A stretch of 64,000 bases of DNA, taken from an uncultured Acetobacteraceae bacterium (GTDB taxonomy: Bacteria; Pseudomonadota; Alphaproteobacteria; Acetobacterales; Acetobacteraceae). Both the position numbers and the translations under genes were made by a program. The DNA lies in contig CAXSBC010000003.1 in NCBI GenBank assembly GCA_964236105.1, positions 318,135-382,134 on the forward strand, given 5' to 3'. The notes beneath the pieces were generated by a model. The model did not search any database. It had not been told where the DNA came from and saw only the letters and a list, made by a program, of their open reading frames with translations. This document shows, one piece after another, positions 60,927 through 64,000 of this stretch (position 1 is its first letter; the number at the start of each line of letters is the position of its first letter).

Positions 60927-60951
60927 ATGCTGCATGGTTTTTATGCAGCAT
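60927..60951. repeat. Perfect 9-bp inverted repeat
   Basis: ATGCTGCAT-ggttttt-ATGCAGCAT lies directly after the terminator hairpin, in the long rnj-proS spacer. Confidence 0.6.
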
Positions 60952-61302
60952 CGCCTGGACGGATTGTTTTTGCTGGATTCACGTTCGATTTATTGTGGAC
61001 CCGCTGAGCGGATCCGCCGATCATCTCCATCAGGACGAGACGTTCTCCTCATCCTGCCGTGTGACTGGCGTTTTCTCCCTAAACTCGGCCCACACGCTGG
61101 ACCCCGGCGTCGTGGGCCTTCTTTATGGCTTCATTGCCATTCTGTCATCATCCAAATCAAATTAATCGTGATCTTTTACTTGTGCAGTGCGTCATTTCGA
61201 TTGGCGTTGTGCGGTGAACAATTTGCGGCTGCTCCAGGTTTCCCGTGTGCATCGATTGATCTAGGGTCCGCCTCCGCTTCCCTGTCGAAGAGCCCGTTCT
61301 CG

Positions 61303-62628
61303 ATGCGCCTGTCCCGCAGCTTCCTGCCCACCCTGAAGGAGACGCCTGCCGACGCGCAGATCGTCTCGCACCGCCTGATGTTGCGGGCTGGACTGGTGCG
61401 CCAGACGGCGGCCGGGATCTATGCCTGGCTGCCGGCGGGCCTGCGGGTGCTCCGCCATGTCAGCCAGATCGTGCGCGAGGAGCAGGATGCGGTCGGCGCG
61501 CAGGAGGTGCTGATGCCGACGCTGCAGCCGGCCGAGCTCTGGCGCCGCAGCGGCCGCTACGACGCCTACGGTCCCGAGATGCTGCGCCTGCGCGACCGGC
61601 ACGAGCGCGACCTGCTCTACGGGCCGACCAACGAGGAGATGATCACCGACCTGTTCGGCCAGTCGGTAGCCAGCTACAAGGCGCTGCCGCAGACGCTCTA
61701 TCATATCCAGTGGAAGTTCCGCGACGAGGTCCGGCCGCGCTTCGGCGTGATGCGCGGCCGCGAGTTCCTGATGAAGGATGCCTACAGCTTCGATGCCGAC
61801 TTCGCCGGCGCCGTGGCGAGCTACCGGCGCATGATGCTGGCCTACCTGCGCACCTTCCAGCGTCTGGGGGTGAAGGCGATCCCGATGGTGGCAGACACCG
61901 GGCCGATCGGCGGCGAGCTCAGCCACGAGTTCATCATCCTGGCGCCGACCGGGGAAAGCGGCGTGTTCTATGACGGCGCCCTGGAGACGCAGGACTGGTT
62001 GGCCGAGCCCGTCGATACCGACGATCACGCCTCGCTCGAGGCCTTCTTCCGGCGCACGACCTCATTCTACGCTGCGACCGACGAGAAGCACGACGAGGCG
62101 GCGTGGCGCGACGTCGCTCCGGAACGACGTCGCGAGGGGCGCGGCATCGAGGTCGGGCATATCTTCCATTTCGGCACCAAATACACCGAGTCGATGGGCA
62201 TCTCGCTGAACGGCGCCGACGGGCGGAGCTTCCACCCAGAGATGGGCAGCTACGGCATCGGCGTCTCGCGCCTGGTCGGCGCCATCATCGAGGCGAGCCA
62301 TGACGAGGCGGGCATCATCTGGCCGGATGCGGTGGCGCCGTTCGCCGCCTGCATCCTGAACCTCAAGGCGGGCGACGCGGCGTGCGACGCGCTGTGCGAG
62401 CGCCTTTACGGGACCGCACCCGGACGGCTGCTCTATGACGATCGCCCCGATCGGGCGGGCGCGAAGTTCGCCGACGCCGACCTGATGGGCCATCCGTGGC
62501 AGCTGGTGGTCGGGCCTCGTGGTGCCGCGGCCGGAAGGATCGAGCTCAAGCGGCGCGCCACTGGCGAGCGCGACGAGCTGTCGGTCGAGGATGCGCTGGC
62601 AAGGATCGCGGCGCCGGCGGCGGGATGA
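61303..62628 (+). CDS. proS: Proline--tRNA ligase (short alphaproteobacterial form)
   Basis: [34 protein letters not shown]... followed by the class II motifs ...[25 protein letters not shown]... and ...[16 protein letters not shown]... 441 aa. Confidence 0.9.
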   Translation: MRLSRSFLPTLKETPADAQIVSHRLMLRAGLVRQTAAGIYAWLPAGLRVLRHVSQIVREEQDAVGAQEVLMPTLQPAELWRRSGRYDAYGPEMLRLRDRHERDLLYGPTNEEMITDLFGQSVASYKALPQTLYHIQWKFRDEVRPRFGVMRGREFLMKDAYSFDADFAGAVASYRRMMLAYLRTFQRLGVKAIPMVADTGPIGGELSHEFIILAPTGESGVFYDGALETQDWLAEPVDTDDHASLEAFFRRTTSFYAATDEKHDEAAWRDVAPERRREGRGIEVGHIFHFGTKYTESMGISLNGADGRSFHPEMGSYGIGVSRLVGAIIEASHDEAGIIWPDAVAPFAACILNLKAGDAACDALCERLYGTAPGRLLYDDRPDRAGAKFADADLMGHPWQLVVGPRGAAAGRIELKRRATGERDELSVEDALARIAAPAAG

Positions 62629-62638
62629 GGCCTTGAGC

Positions 62639-63886
62639 ATGTTCGGGCCGTTCGAGCGGGCGGTCGCCGGCCGCTACCTGCGCGCGCGACGCGGCGAGCG
62701 CTTCGTGTCGGTGATCGCGATCTTCTCGCTGATCGGCATCGCCCTCGGCGTGGCGACGCTGATCATCGTCATGTCGGTGATGAACGGCTTCAAGGCCGAT
62801 CTGCTGTCGCGCATCCTCGGGCTGAACGGCGACCTGAGCATCTACGGCGCCGGCGCTGCGATCGACGACTACGACGCGATCGTGCAGCGCATCCGCCAGC
62901 TGCCGCAGGTGACGGCGGCGACGCCGATCGTCGAAGGCCAGGTGCTGCTGAGTGCCGGCGCCTACAGCGCGGGCGGTCTGGTGCACGGCGTGACGCGGGA
63001 CGATCTCGCCAGCCTGCACGAGCTCAGCGACAACATCCGCGCGGGCTCCCTCGCGGCGTTCGGCGGCGACGATGCGGTGGTGATCGGCGCCACGCTGGCG
63101 ATGAAGGCGAACCTCACCGTCGGCTCGCCGCTGACGCTGGTGTCGCCGAACGGTGCCGCCACCGCGTTCGGCACCATTCCCAGGGTGCGCGCCTACCACG
63201 TGGTGGCGATCTTCGACGCCGGCGTGAACGACTACAACTCCAGCGTCGTGTTCCTGCCGATCCGGGCGGCCCAGGTGTATTTCCAGATGCCCGGCGCCGT
63301 GTCGCTGATCCAGGTGATGACGAGGCGTCCCGAGGACGTGCAGGAGGTCACCCCGCAGATCCGGCAGGCGCTGGCCGGCGACCGGCTGCGGGTGCTCGAC
63401 TGGACGCAGAGCAACAACGCCTTCTTCGGCGCGGTGCAGGTCGAGCAGAACGTGATGTTCCTGATCCTGACGCTGATCATCATCGTCGCCGCGTTCAACG
63501 TGATCTCGTCGCTGATCATGATGGTCAAGGACAAGACGCGCGACATCGCGGTGATGCGCACGCTGGGCGCCACGCGCGGGGCGATCCTGCGCATCTTCCT
63601 GATGTGCGGCGCGTCGGTGGGCGTTACCGGAACGGCGGTCGGCACGCTGCTGGGCATCGTGTTCTGCCTGAACATCGAGCGCATCAAGGACGCGGTGCAG
63701 TCCATCACCGGCGCCAACCTGTTCAACCCCGAGGTCTATTATCTGGAGCATCTGCCGGCGAAGCTGGAATGGCCGGAGGTGATCCAGGTGATCGTGATGG
63801 CGCTGCTGCTGTCGCTGCTGGCCACGATCTATCCGAGCTGGCGCGCGGCGCGTACCGACCCGGTGGAGGCGCTGCGTCATGAGTGA
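62639..63886 (+). CDS. Lipoprotein-releasing ABC transporter permease (LolC/E family)
   Basis: MFGPFERAVAGRYLRARRGERFVSVIAIFSLIGIALGVATLIIVMSVMNGF... with a C-terminal FtsX-type block ...VAAFNVISSLIMMVKDKTRDIAVMRTLGA... 415 aa. Confidence 0.85.
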   Translation: MFGPFERAVAGRYLRARRGERFVSVIAIFSLIGIALGVATLIIVMSVMNGFKADLLSRILGLNGDLSIYGAGAAIDDYDAIVQRIRQLPQVTAATPIVEGQVLLSAGAYSAGGLVHGVTRDDLASLHELSDNIRAGSLAAFGGDDAVVIGATLAMKANLTVGSPLTLVSPNGAATAFGTIPRVRAYHVVAIFDAGVNDYNSSVVFLPIRAAQVYFQMPGAVSLIQVMTRRPEDVQEVTPQIRQALAGDRLRVLDWTQSNNAFFGAVQVEQNVMFLILTLIIIVAAFNVISSLIMMVKDKTRDIAVMRTLGATRGAILRIFLMCGASVGVTGTAVGTLLGIVFCLNIERIKDAVQSITGANLFNPEVYYLEHLPAKLEWPEVIQVIVMALLLSLLATIYPSWRAARTDPVEALRHE

Positions 63887-64000
63887 GGCAGGTGCCGCGC
63901 ATGACGCGCCGCTGGCGCTGCGGGGCCTCGGCCACAGCTACCAGAGCGGCGACGAGACGCTGCAGGTGCTGCGCGGTGCGGAGCTGTCGCTGCGGCCGGG
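63879..64000 (+). CDS. lolD: Lipoprotein-releasing ABC transporter ATP-binding protein LolD, N-terminal fragment (runs off window)
   Basis: The ATG overlaps the permease gene end by 8 nt. MSEAGAAHDAPLALRGLGHSYQSGDETLQVLRGAELSLRPG is a typical start for an ABC ATPase. Position after lolC/E supports the call. Confidence 0.7.
   Translation, partial: MSEAGAAHDAPLALRGLGHSYQSGDETLQVLRGAELSLRP

Noticed and set aside
60901-61302. An upstream extension of the proS reading frame (ORF-track start at 60901).
   Set aside because: The extra 134 aa ([32 protein letters not shown]...) are Cys/Leu/Ile-rich, low-GC and unlike any ProRS N-terminus. The conserved ProRS start [13 protein letters not shown] begins at 61303.

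Overview
This is a very GC-rich, gene-dense stretch of chromosome. All calls come from reading the sequence and the ORF track by eye; no searches were run.

The synteny is typical of Alphaproteobacteria: tig-clpP-clpX-lon-hupB-tRNAs-nuoA..N-birA-coaX-rnj-proS-lolCD. A GTTC-N7-GTTC LexA box points the same way, perhaps to Rhodospirillales or Acetobacteraceae, but that placement is inference only.

Gene content, left to right:
- tail of an SDR-like gene
- LexA-controlled SOS mutagenesis cassette imuA-imuB-dnaE2 (minus strand)
- Nudix hydrolase, divergent from an ATM1-type ABC exporter
- small unknown ORF, rpmB, and a stand-alone EF-G paralog with a clear terminator
- two-gene accessory module: a large Hint-domain protein plus a family-1 glycosyltransferase
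- S10 serine carboxypeptidase
- LACTB2-like MBL hydrolase coupled to a divergent PEP-carboxylase-like protein
- DUF445 protein
- complete suf operon (Rrf2 regulator-sufBCDS-sufU-DUF59-sufA)
- RumA/TrmA-type RNA methyltransferase and a DEAD-box helicase
- GH15 glycoside hydrolase, CopD-like membrane protein, nnr, tRNA-Leu
- tig, clpP, clpX, lon, hupB, tRNA-Val, tRNA-Asp
- NADH:quinone oxidoreductase operon, then birA, coaX, RNase J, proS, and lolC/E-lolD (truncated at the window edge)

No transposase, integrase, CRISPR array or rRNA was seen.

Observations most worth a second look:
1. The Hint-domain protein and the adjacent glycosyltransferase share a ~67-aa module of unknown function. They sit behind a low-GC leader.
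2. The nuo operon runs directly from nuoL into nuoN with an ATGA overlap, so nuoM is absent from an otherwise canonical 14-gene locus.
3. The PEPC-family protein has several canonical catalytic motifs altered.

The many long R/A/G/P-rich ORFs antisense to recognisable genes are high-GC artefacts.
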